Part shown: positions 14,349 to 26,699 of the stretch, in pieces
Layout of the letters: each line of letters begins with the position of its first letter
Position numbering within the stretch: position 1 is the stretch's first letter
Source: Nageia nagi
Taxonomy: Eukaryota > Plantae > Pinophyta
Reading direction: 5' to 3'
Length of the DNA stretch: 64,000 bases
Assembly (NCBI GenBank): GCA_050084985.1
Contig: JBITNC010000001.1
Location: forward strand, 130,448,001-130,512,000
The notes under the pieces: model-generated
The model's input: only the letters and a program-made list of their open reading frames with translations
Told to the model about the DNA's origin: nothing
Database searches by the model: none
Made by a program: the position numbers and the translations under genes

Positions 14349-15378
14349 TTTGCCCCTCTTTGGATGTGTGATTGAAGCAATGAAATTACATGTCCAAAGA
14401 AGAAGTTTAGCCAAGATATATAAGAAACTTTTTGAATCTTTTTGTTGATGCTATCTTTTGTTAAAGATGAATGGTTGATGTTGAGGGTCTTGTGTTACCT
14501 CCCTTTTATCTTGGGTACCCCAGAAAAGATCCTTAAGTGGAGTAGCCAAGGCAAAAGCTACTAAAGAAGCTATCTTTAACAATACTATTTGGATGATGTG
14601 TGGATGATTATAGAAATCCATATCCAAGGTTGGAGATGGAAGATATGATGTGCCTCCTTTATACTATTTCAATCATGAATTTGGTCATTTCATCATGTCT
14701 AATACTCAGGAACCATTTACACTTACATCCATGCTTTGAAACAAAGATATTATGCTTTGGATAGGTAGAAATGATAATGAGATGTATACCATAGATGGCC
14801 CAATAGACTATGAGCATGATGCTAGCACCCTAGTTTTGACTATAAGTTTCTTCTATTTTGTTGGAGGTGTGTACCTATAATGAAATGTTGGTCATAAAAA
14901 AATGATGGATGTATAGTAAATTGTTTCATCCATTGGATATGATCCAATGTCAACATCTTGCTCACAGTTGCATCATCGATTTATCTTATAAGTGAGTGAA
15001 CTCTCACTAGTCATATCGATGGCCATCGATGATCATATGTTTGTATGTCTATGATCCAAAGACAATATGCTTTAGATGGGTTCAAAGAAAAATCATGTGG
15101 ATACAAAGTAAAATGTATCATTCATTAGAGATGATCCAATGTCAACAAATTACTCATGGCTGTATCGTTGATTTATCTTTTAAGTGAGTGAACTCTCACT
15201 AGTTGTATTATTAGCCATCGACGATCATACATTTGTATTTCCATAATCCAAAGATATTATGCTTTAAATGGGTTCAAACAAAAAACCAAGTGGATACATA
15301 GAAAAATCTATCATCCATTGGAGATGATCCAATGTCAACAAATTGCTATTAGCTATATCATTAGTTTATCTTTTAAGT

Positions 15379-15783
15379 TGAAGAATTTGAAGACCAACCG
15401 ACCAGCTACCTATAACCGGCCAACCAACTAGAATAAGTGAACCGGCCACTCAGCTAAGCAGTCGGCCTGTCGGCTAGTTCTGTTTTCTATGTATGACGTT
15501 TTTCCTTCCTGTGACTTTCCAGTTCATGTTTCTTGGGTTTTTAGCTTCTAGGCTGAAGGGAAAAGGTCACCTACAGCCTCTATAAATGTTTGTAATGTAT
15601 TTTGCAGCATCATAGAAGTGTGTGGAGTTGTATTGGAGTTGTAGCTTGCATTCTCAATAATCAATTTGATGTTGGATTCAATTTCAGTTCTCCATTGTTG
15701 TTGAGTTGTGCAATTTCATTTTTCTGAGTTGTATTGTGAATTGTTAGGCAATTCATTTTTTTTGTTATAGTTAAAGAACTTCA
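15379..15783 (+). repeat. Copia 5' LTR (TATA ctataaat near 15580)
   Basis: 405-bp direct repeat of 20103-20505. Confidence 0.98.
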
Positions 15784-15785
15784 TT

Positions 15786-15797
15786 TGGTATCAGAGC
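15786..15797 (+). promoter_or_regulatory. Primer-binding site, tRNA-iMet
   Basis: TGGTATCAGAGC 2 nt after the 5' LTR. Confidence 0.97.
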
Positions 15798-15832
15798 AAG
15801 GTTGGATCAATCTGGGTTCAAGAAGTGAAGAC

Positions 15833-16878
15833 ATGGCAAGCAACTCCAACTCAATCATCATTCCAGAGTTTGATGGAGCAGACTATGAATATTGGAGTGT
15901 TCAAATGAAGACTCTACTGACTGGAAAAGGATATTGGGACATTATAGTGGCTGGCTACACTGAACCGGCAGATTGGAGTGCATTGAATGTGGATGCAAAG
16001 AAGGAAGCAAAGGAGAATGAGAGACAAAACTCTATGGCTCTGTCCTTCATACAAGCAGCCTTAGACAGGAGCATCTTCCCACGAATCTCAGCATGTGTCT
16101 CAGCCCAAGAAGCATGGGCAGTCTTGAGAGAAGGCTATCAAGGGAGCCTCAAGGTGAAGGAAGTAAAACTCCAAACATTGAGAAGGGAGTTTGAAAATAT
16201 GAAGAAGAGGAGAAGGAGACTGCTGGAGATTATTATGTGAGAGTGAAAGCCATAGTTAATAAGATGGCCACTCTTGGAGAGAAGACTGAAAAGGAGGTTG
16301 TCATTAAGAAGGTTTTGAGAACCTTAACTGAAAAATTTGACCATGCTGCACTCATAATTGAAGAAACAAAAGACCTCTCATCCTTGGAAATTGACAATTT
16401 GATTGGCTCTCTCACATCTCATGAAGAGAGGATGACAAAGAGGACAAAGGTTGGAACAAGCAATAGTGATGAGCAAGCATTCTCTATCAAAGAGAATGAA
16501 GTACAAGGAAGAGGACAAGGGAGAGGTGCAAGAGGAAGAGGTGGCAAAATCGGAAGAGGAGGAAGAAGAGGTTCGTTTGGAAGAGGTAGAGGAAGAGAGC
16601 AGAATTATGAAAGTGAACCAGCTTCATCATCAAGGGGGAGACACTCCGGAAGAGGAACCAGTAGAGGTAAGGATAAGAGGAATATGCAATGTTTTTATTG
16701 TAATAAATTTAGCCATTTTGAGTATGAATGTAGATCAAAACAAGCAAATGAAGGGAAGGCTGCAAACTATGGAGAAGAAGAACATGGTTATGGTGAAGAA
16801 TAATTGTTCTTATCAATGATGGATTGTGAAAAACTTGGAGAAGAGACTTGGCTGTTAGATAGTGGCTGATCAAACCAC
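15833..16878 (+). pseudogene. gag: Copia gag and protease N-terminus, disrupted
   Basis: FDGADYEYWSVQMKTLL, RGG-rich tract, CFYCNKFSHFEYEC knuckle, WLLDSG*SNHM. Frameshift near 16200; stops at 16801 and 16868. Confidence 0.95.
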
Positions 16879-19800
16879 ATGACCGGTGAGAAATCTTTAC
16901 TTTCAGCGGTTGATCATTCCTACAAATCTAGTGTGCGGTTGGGAAATGAGAAGAGGTTGGAGATACTTGGCAAAGGAGAGATGCAAGTTCCAACAAAACA
17001 AGGAACCATGAAGGTAAAGAACATTTACTACACTCTGGATTTAAAACAAAGTTTATTGAGTATTGGCCAAATGCTTGAGAAAAATTACAAATTGGTGTTT
17101 GAAGATAGAATGTGCAAAATTTATGATAAAAATCATGGAGGAAGGCTAGTAACTACTGTTCAAATGACTGAAAATAAACTCTTTCCCATTAAATTTTTTG
17201 AGAAAAATGGTGGCTGTGTTTTTGTTGGGATTGAGGATAAAAGCAAGCTTTGGCATATGAGGCTTGGACACTTGAATTTTGGGAGCTTGAAAGCTCTTCC
17301 GGAAATGGTTAGAGGGCTGCCAAAACTAGAAGAATGCAAGGATGTGTGTGAAGGATGTGCACTAGGCAAGCAAGCAAGGGGGAAGTTTCCAAAGGATGAA
17401 GCATGGAGAGCCAAACACCCTCTCCAATTGGTCCATACTGATATTTGTGGGCCTATGCAAACAGCAAGCTTTGGTAAATCTACTTACTTTATCACTTTCA
17501 TTGATGATTTTACAAGAATGTGTTGGGTTTATTTTATCTCAAGCAAAGATGAAGCATTGAAATATTTTAAAGAATTTAAATTGCTAGTTGAGAAACAAAG
17601 TGAGCATAGTGTGAAGTGCTTAAGAAGTGATAGAGGAGGAGAATATTGCAGCAGTGAGTTCTTTCAATTTTGTAAAGAGAATGGTATTAGGAGACACCTT
17701 ACTTCTCCCTACACACCACAGCAAAATGGTGTAGCGGAAAGGAAAAATAGGACTCTTGTTGAGATGGCAAGGAGTATGTTGCAAAGCAAGAAGTTGCCCA
17801 ATGTTTATTGGGCTGAAGCAATTAAAACAGCAGTGTATATTTTGAACCGGTCTCCTACAAGAAGCTTGGACAAAATAACTCCCTATGAAGCTTGGTTTGA
17901 GAGAAAACCAAATTTAGAATACTTCAAAGTGTTTGGATGCCTTGCATATGTGCACATCAATGATGAAAGAAGGAGGAAACTAGATGCCAAATCTGAACCA
18001 TGTGTGTTTATAGGATATTGTGAGCATTCAAAAGCTTACAAATTCTATAATCCCAAGAGCCACAAAACAATTGTATCAAGAGATGCAATTTTTGATGAAA
18101 GGGGAGAGTACAACAGCCATAAAAAATTGCAGCAGAATGTATTTGGAGGAGATAGTTTGGAGGAGAATGAAGCATTGAAAGTGCAGCCCAGCCATGGTGT
18201 GAGGAAGAAAAATGAGGAACAACCATCAAGTGTGAGTACTCCAAGCTCACCAACATCATCATCTAGCTCCAACACATCACCAAAAAGTGTAAGTGCACCA
18301 AGTTCACCCAATGCAAGATTGTTGAACCAAGGTAACAAAGGTAAGAGATGGTTGAGGGATCATCCAGAAAGCCAAATCATAGATGGCAACTCTATGAGAA
18401 GATTCACAAGGAGCCAAACTCAAGAGATGCAAAATCTTGTTGCAAGATTAGAGAGCATGCACATATATGGAGATGAAGACAATGGAGAGCCCAAAGGTGA
18501 AGTGGTAAATTATGCTCTTTCTTGTGTTTCAAATTCTATTTCAAATACAAATATTGCTGTTGTTGAGCCATCTTGTTATGAAGAAGCTTGTTCTAATGGT
18601 GTTTGGATGCAAGCTATGAAAGAAGAGATTGATGCTATTGAAAGAAATGATACTTGGGAACTTTGCAAGTTGCCCAAAGGTAAGAAAATGGTTGGTTCCA
18701 AATGGGTGTACAAAACAAAATGCAAGAGTGATGGTACTGTTGAGAGGTACAAAGCAAGGCTAGTGGCAAAGGGATTCACTCAGCAGTATGGAGTGGATTT
18801 TGAGGAGACATTTGCACCGGTTGCAAGACAAGAAACAATCAGATTGGCACTCTCTTTGGCAGCAAGTAAGGGTTGGACAGTCCAACACATGGATGTGAAA
18901 AGTGCATTTTTGAATGGTGACATCAATGAAGAGGTGTATGTAGCACAACCTCAAGGTTTTGAGGTTTCAGGAAGAGAAGACCATGTATACAAGCTCAAGA
19001 AGGCACTATATGGGCTGAAGCAAGCTCCAAGAGCTTGGTATACAAGAATTGATGAATACTTCAAAAGTGTGGGTTTTCAAAGAAGTGTAAGTGAACCTAC
19101 CTTGTATTTTAAGAAAAGTGCTACTGATATATTGATTGTTTGCTTGTATGTAGATGATTTGATATTCATGGGCAGCAATAAGAAGATGAATGAAGAGTTC
19201 AAAACTCATATGATGGCTGAGTTTGACATGAAAGATCTTGGTTTGATGAGCTACTTTCTTGGCTTGGAGGTGCATCAAACGCAAGATGAAATCTTTGTGT
19301 ATCAATCCAAATATGCAAGAGACATGCTTAAAAGATTCAAAATGGACAATTGCACACCTGTAGCAACACCTACAGCCCATGGAGAACACCTTTGCAAGGA
19401 GGATGGAGAACCAAAAGTTGACAAAAAGCAATATAGGAGCATTGTTGGCAGTCTTATGTTTTTGACAAACACAAGACCGGATTTGCAATTTAGTGTATCT
19501 TTAGTGGCAAGATACATGAGTGATCCATCTGCTGTACATCTCAAGGTAGCGAAAAGAATACTAAGGTATGTGAAGGGAACCATTGATTATGGAATACATT
19601 ATACATGTGATTCCAAGCTCCAACTCACAGGTTTCAGTGATAGTGATTGGGGCAGCGATTTGGATGATAGAAAGAGCACAAGTGGGAATTGCTTCTCTCT
19701 TGGATCAGGTTTGATATCATGGAGCTCTCGAAAACAATCTACAGTAGCTCTTTCTAGTACAGAAGCTGAGTATGTGGCTGTGACAAGTGCTTCAACACAA

Positions 19801-20154
19801 GCACTATGGTTGAGAAAAGTGTTGAAAGAAATTGGAGAGGAGCAAACTCGAGAAACAACAATTTTTTGTGACAACCAAAGTGCCATCAAGTTGGCACACA
19901 ATCCTATCCACCATTCTAGAACCAAGCACTTTGATTTGAAGACTCATTTCATTCGAGATTTGGTGGAGAAAGGAATGATAAAATTGAGGTATTGTCCAAC
20001 ACAAGACCAAGTGGCGGATATCTTCACAAAATCGGTGGCAAAATCTCAATTTGTGCTGTTAAGAGACTTTATTGTTAGTCCTCTTACCAGCAAGGGGGAG
20101 TATGAAGAATTTGAAGACCAACCGCCGGCTACCTATAACCGGCCAACCAGCTAG
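16879..20154 (+). CDS. pol: Copia pol, open portion (protease C-term, GAG-pre-integrase, integrase, RT, RNase H), 1091 aa
   Basis: [75 protein letters not shown]. The frame runs into the 3' LTR. Confidence 0.97.
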   Translation: MTGEKSLLSAVDHSYKSSVRLGNEKRLEILGKGEMQVPTKQGTMKVKNIYYTLDLKQSLLSIGQMLEKNYKLVFEDRMCKIYDKNHGGRLVTTVQMTENKLFPIKFFEKNGGCVFVGIEDKSKLWHMRLGHLNFGSLKALPEMVRGLPKLEECKDVCEGCALGKQARGKFPKDEAWRAKHPLQLVHTDICGPMQTASFGKSTYFITFIDDFTRMCWVYFISSKDEALKYFKEFKLLVEKQSEHSVKCLRSDRGGEYCSSEFFQFCKENGIRRHLTSPYTPQQNGVAERKNRTLVEMARSMLQSKKLPNVYWAEAIKTAVYILNRSPTRSLDKITPYEAWFERKPNLEYFKVFGCLAYVHINDERRRKLDAKSEPCVFIGYCEHSKAYKFYNPKSHKTIVSRDAIFDERGEYNSHKKLQQNVFGGDSLEENEALKVQPSHGVRKKNEEQPSSVSTPSSPTSSSSSNTSPKSVSAPSSPNARLLNQGNKGKRWLRDHPESQIIDGNSMRRFTRSQTQEMQNLVARLESMHIYGDEDNGEPKGEVVNYALSCVSNSISNTNIAVVEPSCYEEACSNGVWMQAMKEEIDAIERNDTWELCKLPKGKKMVGSKWVYKTKCKSDGTVERYKARLVAKGFTQQYGVDFEETFAPVARQETIRLALSLAASKGWTVQHMDVKSAFLNGDINEEVYVAQPQGFEVSGREDHVYKLKKALYGLKQAPRAWYTRIDEYFKSVGFQRSVSEPTLYFKKSATDILIVCLYVDDLIFMGSNKKMNEEFKTHMMAEFDMKDLGLMSYFLGLEVHQTQDEIFVYQSKYARDMLKRFKMDNCTPVATPTAHGEHLCKEDGEPKVDKKQYRSIVGSLMFLTNTRPDLQFSVSLVARYMSDPSAVHLKVAKRILRYVKGTIDYGIHYTCDSKLQLTGFSDSDWGSDLDDRKSTSGNCFSLGSGLISWSSRKQSTVALSSTEAEYVAVTSASTQALWLRKVLKEIGEEQTRETTIFCDNQSAIKLAHNPIHHSRTKHFDLKTHFIRDLVEKGMIKLRYCPTQDQVADIFTKSVAKSQFVLLRDFIVSPLTSKGEYEEFEDQPPATYNRPTS
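20092..20100 (+). promoter_or_regulatory. Polypurine tract of Copia
   Basis: aagggggag 2 nt before the 3' LTR. Confidence 0.92.
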
Positions 20155-20505
20155 AATAAGTGAACCGGCCACTCAGCTAAGCAGCCGGCCTGCCGGCTAG
20201 TTCTATTTTCTATGTATGACGTTTTTCCTTCCTGTGGCTTTCCAGTTCATGTTTCTTGGTGTTTCAGCTTCTAGGCTAAAGGGAAAAGGTCACCTACAGC
20301 CTCTATAAATGTTTGTAATGTATTTTGCAGCATCATAGAAGTGTGTGGAGTTGTATTGGAGTTGTAGCTTGCATTCTCAATAATCAATTTGATGTTGGAT
20401 TCAATTTCAGTTCTCCATTGTTGTTGAGTTGTGCAATTTCATTTTTCTGAGTTGTATTGTGAATTGTTAGGCAATTCATTTTTTTTTTATAGTTAAAGAA
20501 CTTCA
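20103..20505 (+). repeat. Copia 3' LTR
   Basis: 403-bp direct repeat followed by TSD taagt. Confidence 0.98.
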
Positions 20506-22004
20506 TAAGTGAGTAAACTCTCACTAGCTGTATCATTGGCCATCGATAATCTTGTATTTTTATATCTATGATCAGAAGATAGTATGATTTATATGGGTTC
20601 AAAGAAAAAACCATGTAGATACATAACAAAATACATCATCCATTAGAGATGATCCAATGTTAACAAATTACTAATGATTATATCATCGATTTATCTTTTA
20701 AGTGAGTGAACTCTCACTAGCTATATCATTGGCCATCGATGGTCATGAATTTTTATGTATATGATTCAAAGATAGTATGCTTTAGATGGGTTCAAATAAA
20801 AAACCATGTGGACACACAACAAAATACGTCATCCATTGGAGATGATCCAATGTTAACAAATTGCTAATAGTTGTATTGCCGATTTACTTTAGAGTGAGTG
20901 AACTCTCACTAGCCATGTCATTGGCCATTAGTAGTCATAAATTTTATGTGTATGACCTGAATATATTATGTTGTCCTTATGAAAGGTGAGTGATCAATGC
21001 TAATCATACCCATCTAGATAATACCTATAGAATAAAACAACATAAACTCGCATAGATCACATCCATGAAAAATAAACAATGTAAATAGCAAGGATGAAAT
21101 TAATATAATATTTAGATGTTTTTACTATGGTTAATGAAAACCATAGTGATATAGAGTATGATAAATAGACTATTGCGATAGACAACTCATAGCCTATGGA
21201 TGATGTTTGAATGACCCACACTAGTGATTTCCTATAATAAATGCAATATTTTCTCATGGGTGGACCACGGATTTGAAATAATTGTCAGTAGAATAATGAA
21301 TTATACATTTAATTTTCATCAATGTACCATATATTTAAACATTCAATGATCTTACATCTCAACATTTTAGTTTGCAAAAATTTTCAATATAAATCCATGC
21401 TATTAGCGGCATGGATGCAGTATGGCATGCCACTAGCGGTGTGATATTTTCCATATCAAGTGCAAAAAGTTGAAAGACAATCATCCATATCACTTTGCAT
21501 AATTTCTACATGAAATAACATTGCCAATTGTCATAAAATTTTCAAGATAAAGCATGAACTAGCAATATTTGTTCATATAATCAATTTTTTCAATATAATG
21601 TTGATATCATTCAAGAGAAAGAATCCATTCAATTTGCATTGAAAATAGTTCAATTTAGATATTCAATACAATGCAATATTTTATAGACAATACCATAATG
21701 CTATATTATACCAGATTTTCAAGGATACAATGGCCTTAAATTTTATTAGTAAAACATGCATTTTGTTTGAAATAGCAATCATAAGAATAGCATATGCAAT
21801 GTTTACTTTTCATACTAGATAGTCAAAGAAAATATAGTGATTGTAATTCATCAATGACAATTTTGCAATGAAGAGCATAAAACATGTGAGATGAGATACC
21901 TTACCTTTACTTACCTTTATGCCCCATGGATGGGCAATTTTTGCACTTTGCAATTATGAATTATGAATTTTAGCCTTCTAATTTTCAATATCTGATTTCC
22001 ATCA

Positions 22005-22064
22005 TGCCCCCAGTTGAAACTGAAATTGCTCCCAGTTGAAACTGAAATTGCCCTTAGCTGAAGC
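22005..22064. repeat. 22-bp minisatellite, ~2.7 copies (tgcccccagttgaaactgaaat)
   Basis: Directly visible. Confidence 0.85.
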
Positions 22065-22781
22065 TATATCCACTTTTTAATGATTTTTTATATTTTTTTT
22101 TGCATGCCACCAGTGTCATGTTAACATTCAAACACACTATCAGCACTATGTCCTTCTTGGATATGTACAAAAAATAAAAGAGAGGTTGTGCCCCTACATT
22201 TGATATGAATTATTTTGCATGGGCATAGAGTTGTTTGTTATTGTTATGAAATGCAACTAATATAGGATGCAATGACTAGACCCATGATATGCAACCTACC
22301 TAAAATGCACCCTATATGATATGCATCCTATATGATATGCAAAATTTAGAAATTATTGTACATTAGGTGGTGGTGGAACCCCATCAATTTAGCACATTTT
22401 GCTACAAATAATGGATTTTCTTTGCTTAGATTATCATTTGCATTTTCTATACCTTGGGCTGATACTTTATCAAGAAGATCAATAAATTGAATTCTTATCT
22501 CTAGAGGTAATGTATTGTATTGTTACAAATGACTATTGAGGAGTAAATTCTTAAACTAATACTTTTCAAAAGGTCAATCTTTTTATTTTCTATATTCTTG
22601 TTACTAAATCTCAATTGGATCGAACTGAACTAAAATTTTTCCTATGTTTTCTTATAGCTAGATGTGTAGAACAAGAACTATCATTTCCCTTGGTATTTTT
22701 ATATCGTTGGCAACTTGCATGTAGTATGGCACACCACTAGCAGTGTGCTTCCTCATCACAATTATCTTGAAATTTAACAAT

Positions 22782-23126
22782 TCAATTTTTAATCCCTAAA
22801 ATTGAAACATGTTGATGGAGATGATATTTACCTTTTTTAATCATGTCTAAAATTATAAGTTTTAAATCATGATAAGAATCTGTAGCATGAACCTTTTGTT
22901 GATGATAAGTGTAATAAACATCCTCATTTCCCATTAGAGTATCACTATCTTGTGTTCTATTTTTTAACAGCATCAATAAACCTTTTTTCATTAGATCCCT
23001 CATAATTAGCATTGGTTGATGTCCACTAAGTATCTCACAGTTGGAAACCTCTTGATTGGGTGGTGGGGAACAATTGTGTCTATCCTGTTTGAGTTGTTCT
23101 ACAATATGAGCATCTTGTGTTTTCAA
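22782..23126 (-). pseudogene. Tat-type gag C-terminal zinc-knuckle remnant
   Basis: YYTYHQQKVHATDSYHDLKLIILDMIKKG resembles the CxYHxxxGHxTxxCxxLKxxIxxLIxxG motif, with Cys-to-Tyr (G-to-A) decay. Confidence 0.65.
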
Positions 23127-24271
23127 AGTTTTTTAAGATGTTACACTTTGACAACATTATTTTAGTTTTGGTTGAATTTGGGATTTAAGTTATGGTTTTA
23201 GTTGAGGTTTCAGTTGAAGTTTTGGTTGAGAAGATATTTTATTTTATTGATTTTGTATAATTTCCTTCTTAAACTTTTGCATACAATATTGCCTAGCATA
23301 TGGATCTTCTAACAATTTATCTAATTTTTTCCTTAGAAATGCATGCTATTTTTCTTTTGATTCATGATCATTATAAATTCCAAACATCAAATAGGGATTG
23401 ACTAACATATGTGCTTTAATTTTATGAAATTGATCTTAAAGTATCAATTTTTCAAATATAATATCATTCATTTCAAACTTGTCTATAACATCTAAATTTA
23501 AATATGCATCACAATCAAATTCAACCATATAATCATCAGAAATAACATTATCATGCACCTGATTTTCTATAACACTTAGCATATCATCATTCATAGTAGT
23601 CAAGCATGAATTTGATAAAATTAATTCATCAAAAGATTTTCTATTATGCATAACATCCATTTCTTTTTTAGGAGGAGGTGCAAATAAATCACTTATCATA
23701 TTCAAACATTCAAACAAACCATTTTTAAATGCCTTATCCATGAGAGAATGCAAGAAGATGGAAAAAAATGTTTTTATATGAAAAACTCTAAAAATATTGA
23801 TAAAAATGCATGCAAAGGGATCAAATTAATCTCCAAAAGTTCCCTACTATGATGACCTATGGGTTTGGCAAGTTTTTAGCATAAAATAAGTCACCAAATA
23901 GTTGCAAAATACCTTCAAAATGTATGATTTTCAAGGTGACGTTTTCTAAATAAATATTTTCAAAATCACTCGAAATATGCAAATCAAGGCCTAGAAAAAT
24001 TAGAAAAACTTCCCAATTATATGTATCTATGGTTTGGACAAAGTTTTCTAATGCTAGATCTTACCAAATTGAAGAAAATGACCTTCAAAAACTAGGTTTT
24101 CTAGAGTGATGTTTTTCAAGAAAATAATTTTATTAGAACAAATAAAAGTTTCTAAATTGGAGAAAAGTTAATTTAACCAAAAAGGAAAACAAAACCAAGG
24201 GATTATAATGCAAGACTCATTAAAAAAAAAGGATGCCCAAAAATAAAAAAATTTAGGGTTTTGTAAGAACA

Positions 24272-24285
24272 TTTAGGGTTCACCA
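24272..24285 (-). promoter_or_regulatory. Primer-binding site, tRNA-Trp-like (TGGTGAACCC)
   Basis: gggttcacca 2 nt before the LTR matches the 3' end of plant tRNA-Trp (..GGGTTCACCA). Confidence 0.7.
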
Positions 24286-24287
24286 AA

Positions 24288-24928
24288 TGTAGATGGTAAA
24301 TAATGCGATTAATGCAAATGGGGTTGATTAATGCACTATTTCTCTACTTTGTAAATATTGATGCATATATCAAAAATATGGTAATAACATATAGCAATAA
24401 TGTAGTAGTATTTAATTATATTCTATATTCATTATGTTAATCATAAAATGCATAAAAGATAAGCATTCATTCATGAATAAGTACGCCATCGATGTCCTAG
24501 AATTGACACATTGTTAGTGTTGTAAGATAAGTGAAATTACAAACATGAACAAGAATGTAGCAATGAGGGAATTAGTGATTAATCAAATTATGAATTTACA
24601 TGCAAAATTACAGAATAATAGATGCATACTATAGATAGATAAAGCAAGTTGCAATTCTTCAAATGATCTTCAATTGATAATTCTTGTATTAGCTTGAAAT
24701 GACTATTAGCCCATGATTCACTCATGATCTATAGGTCATCAAATGATGCCTTCATTAATGATACAAGTTTACATGACTTTCATATTTTGACCCCTTGTAC
24801 AATCCACAAGGGTCAAATAAATGGCCTACACCTCTTTTATACATTTTAAATCCCTTTTTACATAATAGTCTATTAAGGGATTAAAATGATTTATTAAATA
24901 CATAAAGGTTCATTTTGAGGTGCCTACA
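24288..24928 (-). repeat. 5' LTR of pol-less element
   Basis: Partner of 13706-14348, followed by TSD catgg. Confidence 0.95.
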
Positions 24929-26699
24929 CATGGTATGGTCCTTAAACAATATATTTTAAATAGTGGTTTTTATACATGACTACCAAAAATCAAGTTCTAT
25001 CATCTAGGTATACAAATATATTATTTGAAAACTAGACTTTGAGCACTACATTTTTTCACTATTGATCTTTTTCAACATTCCATGTCTAAGTGCTTAAAAT
25101 TTTTAGATTAATTATGACTAAACTTAAAAAATAAATAAAAACATTCACTTTTTAACCATAAAGTGGACCCAACTTCTTACATTGACCCTAAAACTATTGA
25201 AGAGCATTTGTATCTAACTTAAGGAAAAATCATGGGTTAAAATTGTTATTGTAATCAAGGAGGATAAGAATGATATAAAGGGTTGAATCAATCAATACAA
25301 ATGAAAAATGGCCCAAATGAAAATAATTAGTTTGTTTGAGAAAGGTAACAACATTGTTAAGTGTCAACTTGATCTGACCTACATGGAAAAGGCTCAAGAA
25401 GTCTTATTTTAATTTTTTTTCCTAATTTTTATTTGATTTAATTAGAGATCACTATGTAGGAATTTTTGGAAATTTTCATACTAAAAAATTTCAAGTGGTA
25501 TTGGCTCTTTTTGAGAATGGTTTGATCTTAATCAAAATAGAGATCCTCGTATCTTTAGTTTATTAGAAAACATGGAAGGGTTTAAAAAGATGAAAACATA
25601 TTGATAACTTAGTATAGAATTTAAACATATTCATTATTAATATGAAACAAATATTTAACAAGTGTTAATGAGGCTAAAATATGATGAGGTATTAAAATAA
25701 TATATTCTCAATACTCCTTTTTTGGATATTACAATTATTCCTCTATCACAACCCTCCAAGATGTCTATAAAAAATGATATTGATGAAATTTGAGTTTGAA
25801 ATAATGATTGTGATAAATAAATGAATCAATCAATGATGGAGAAATTGTTTTTTCTTGGCTAATGTATGTAAATATATAAATATAGTATCTATGGCTAATA
25901 TTGGATTCAAGGAATTAACCTTTCTTACCATTAGCAATGATTCACTTCAAGTATTCTAATCATGTTTGTGGATTTCACCATATGCACCCTTTGTACATGT
26001 TCATAATGTGTATTACCTTTAATTCCATTCAAGTATATATATATTTGGTAGGGATACAATTGATTCCAAAGCATTTCTACTATTATTGTTCACATCCATA
26101 ACCCTAGTGGAGTTACTTTAAAAGTTGAGAACATCAAAAAAGTCTTATTTAAGTTAGATAGATTCTCTCAGGAGTATCAAGGTTATTTATGTGAATTCAA
26201 AGAAAAATAATAATTTTTATAACCTTTTCTAGTAACCTTAAATCCTCATAGATAGACATATATAGATAAAAGTGATTGGCAAAGTTAATTTAATTAACTC
26301 ATTTTGAATTATTAAAAAAAAAACTAGGGGAAAGATTTATACTTAGAAATCACTTTTAAGAATTAAAAATATTAAAAAATTTAAATACTATCTATATTAC
26401 ATATCATAAAATCCAAATAAGAGAGTAAATATTTTTGTATAAAACTACCTCATATAATTATTTGCTTAATCTAAATTTTTCTAAAGAAGGACTAGTTCTA
26501 CACTCCCATGGATGATGCTTGTAAAAATAAGCTAAATTTTCCTTGAGAATATTTTTAAACATTTGTTCAAAATAATATATAGCCAAAAATAAATAAAAAA
26601 TGTATTTAAAGGATCAAGGTTAGGGTGCCTTCTTCATAAGTATATCCTTAATTTTGTTTTCATTGATACTTCAAGGGTAAAACTTCTTAATATGGTTGA

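Larger units (their letters stand above)
15379..20505 (+). mobile_element. Young full-length Ty1/Copia LTR retrotransposon (5.1 kb, short LTRs, Ivana/Ale-like architecture)
   Basis: LTRs 15379-15783 and 20103-20505 (TG..CA, ~97% identical), TSD TAAGT on both sides, PBS and PPT present, gag-PR-INT-RT-RH order. Confidence 0.99.
14896..20970. repeat. Tandem array of ~5 units of 192-193 bp, split by the Copia insertion
   Basis: gatccaatg anchor at 14941, 15133, 15326, 20651, 20844 (periods 192, 193, 193 after removing 5132 bp, 193). Confidence 0.92.
13706..24928 (-). mobile_element. Non-autonomous (pol-less, LARD-like) Tat-type LTR retrotransposon
   Basis: LTRs 13706-14348 and 24288-24928 (tgtagatg..ctaca), perfect TSD CATGG, PPT (rc aagaggggcaaa) at 14349, PBS at 24272-24285. 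About 4.8 kb internal region after removing the Copia, with no RT or INT seen. Confidence 0.92.
12838..25188. mobile_element. Non-autonomous TIR DNA transposon (~1.1 kb without nested insert), GGG..CCC termini, Sola2-like
   Basis: Left gggtgtatgcaagaagttggatcca vs right (rc) gggtcaatgtaagaagttgggtcca. Flanks caaa/taaa. Internal sequence homologous to 33750-34718. Confidence 0.75.

Noticed and set aside
17160-20049. Antisense ORFs within Copia pol
   Set aside because: Shadow frames of a long coding region, with no recognisable motifs.
14896-20970. 193-bp array as a CRISPR-like or protein-coding repeat
   Set aside because: Units are similar over their whole length with no unique spacers. The period is mostly 193 (not a multiple of 3), the frames tried contain stops, and the context is eukaryotic.
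24252-24280. TTTAGGG telomere-like motifs
   Set aside because: Only two isolated copies, one overlapping the PBS; not an interstitial telomeric array.
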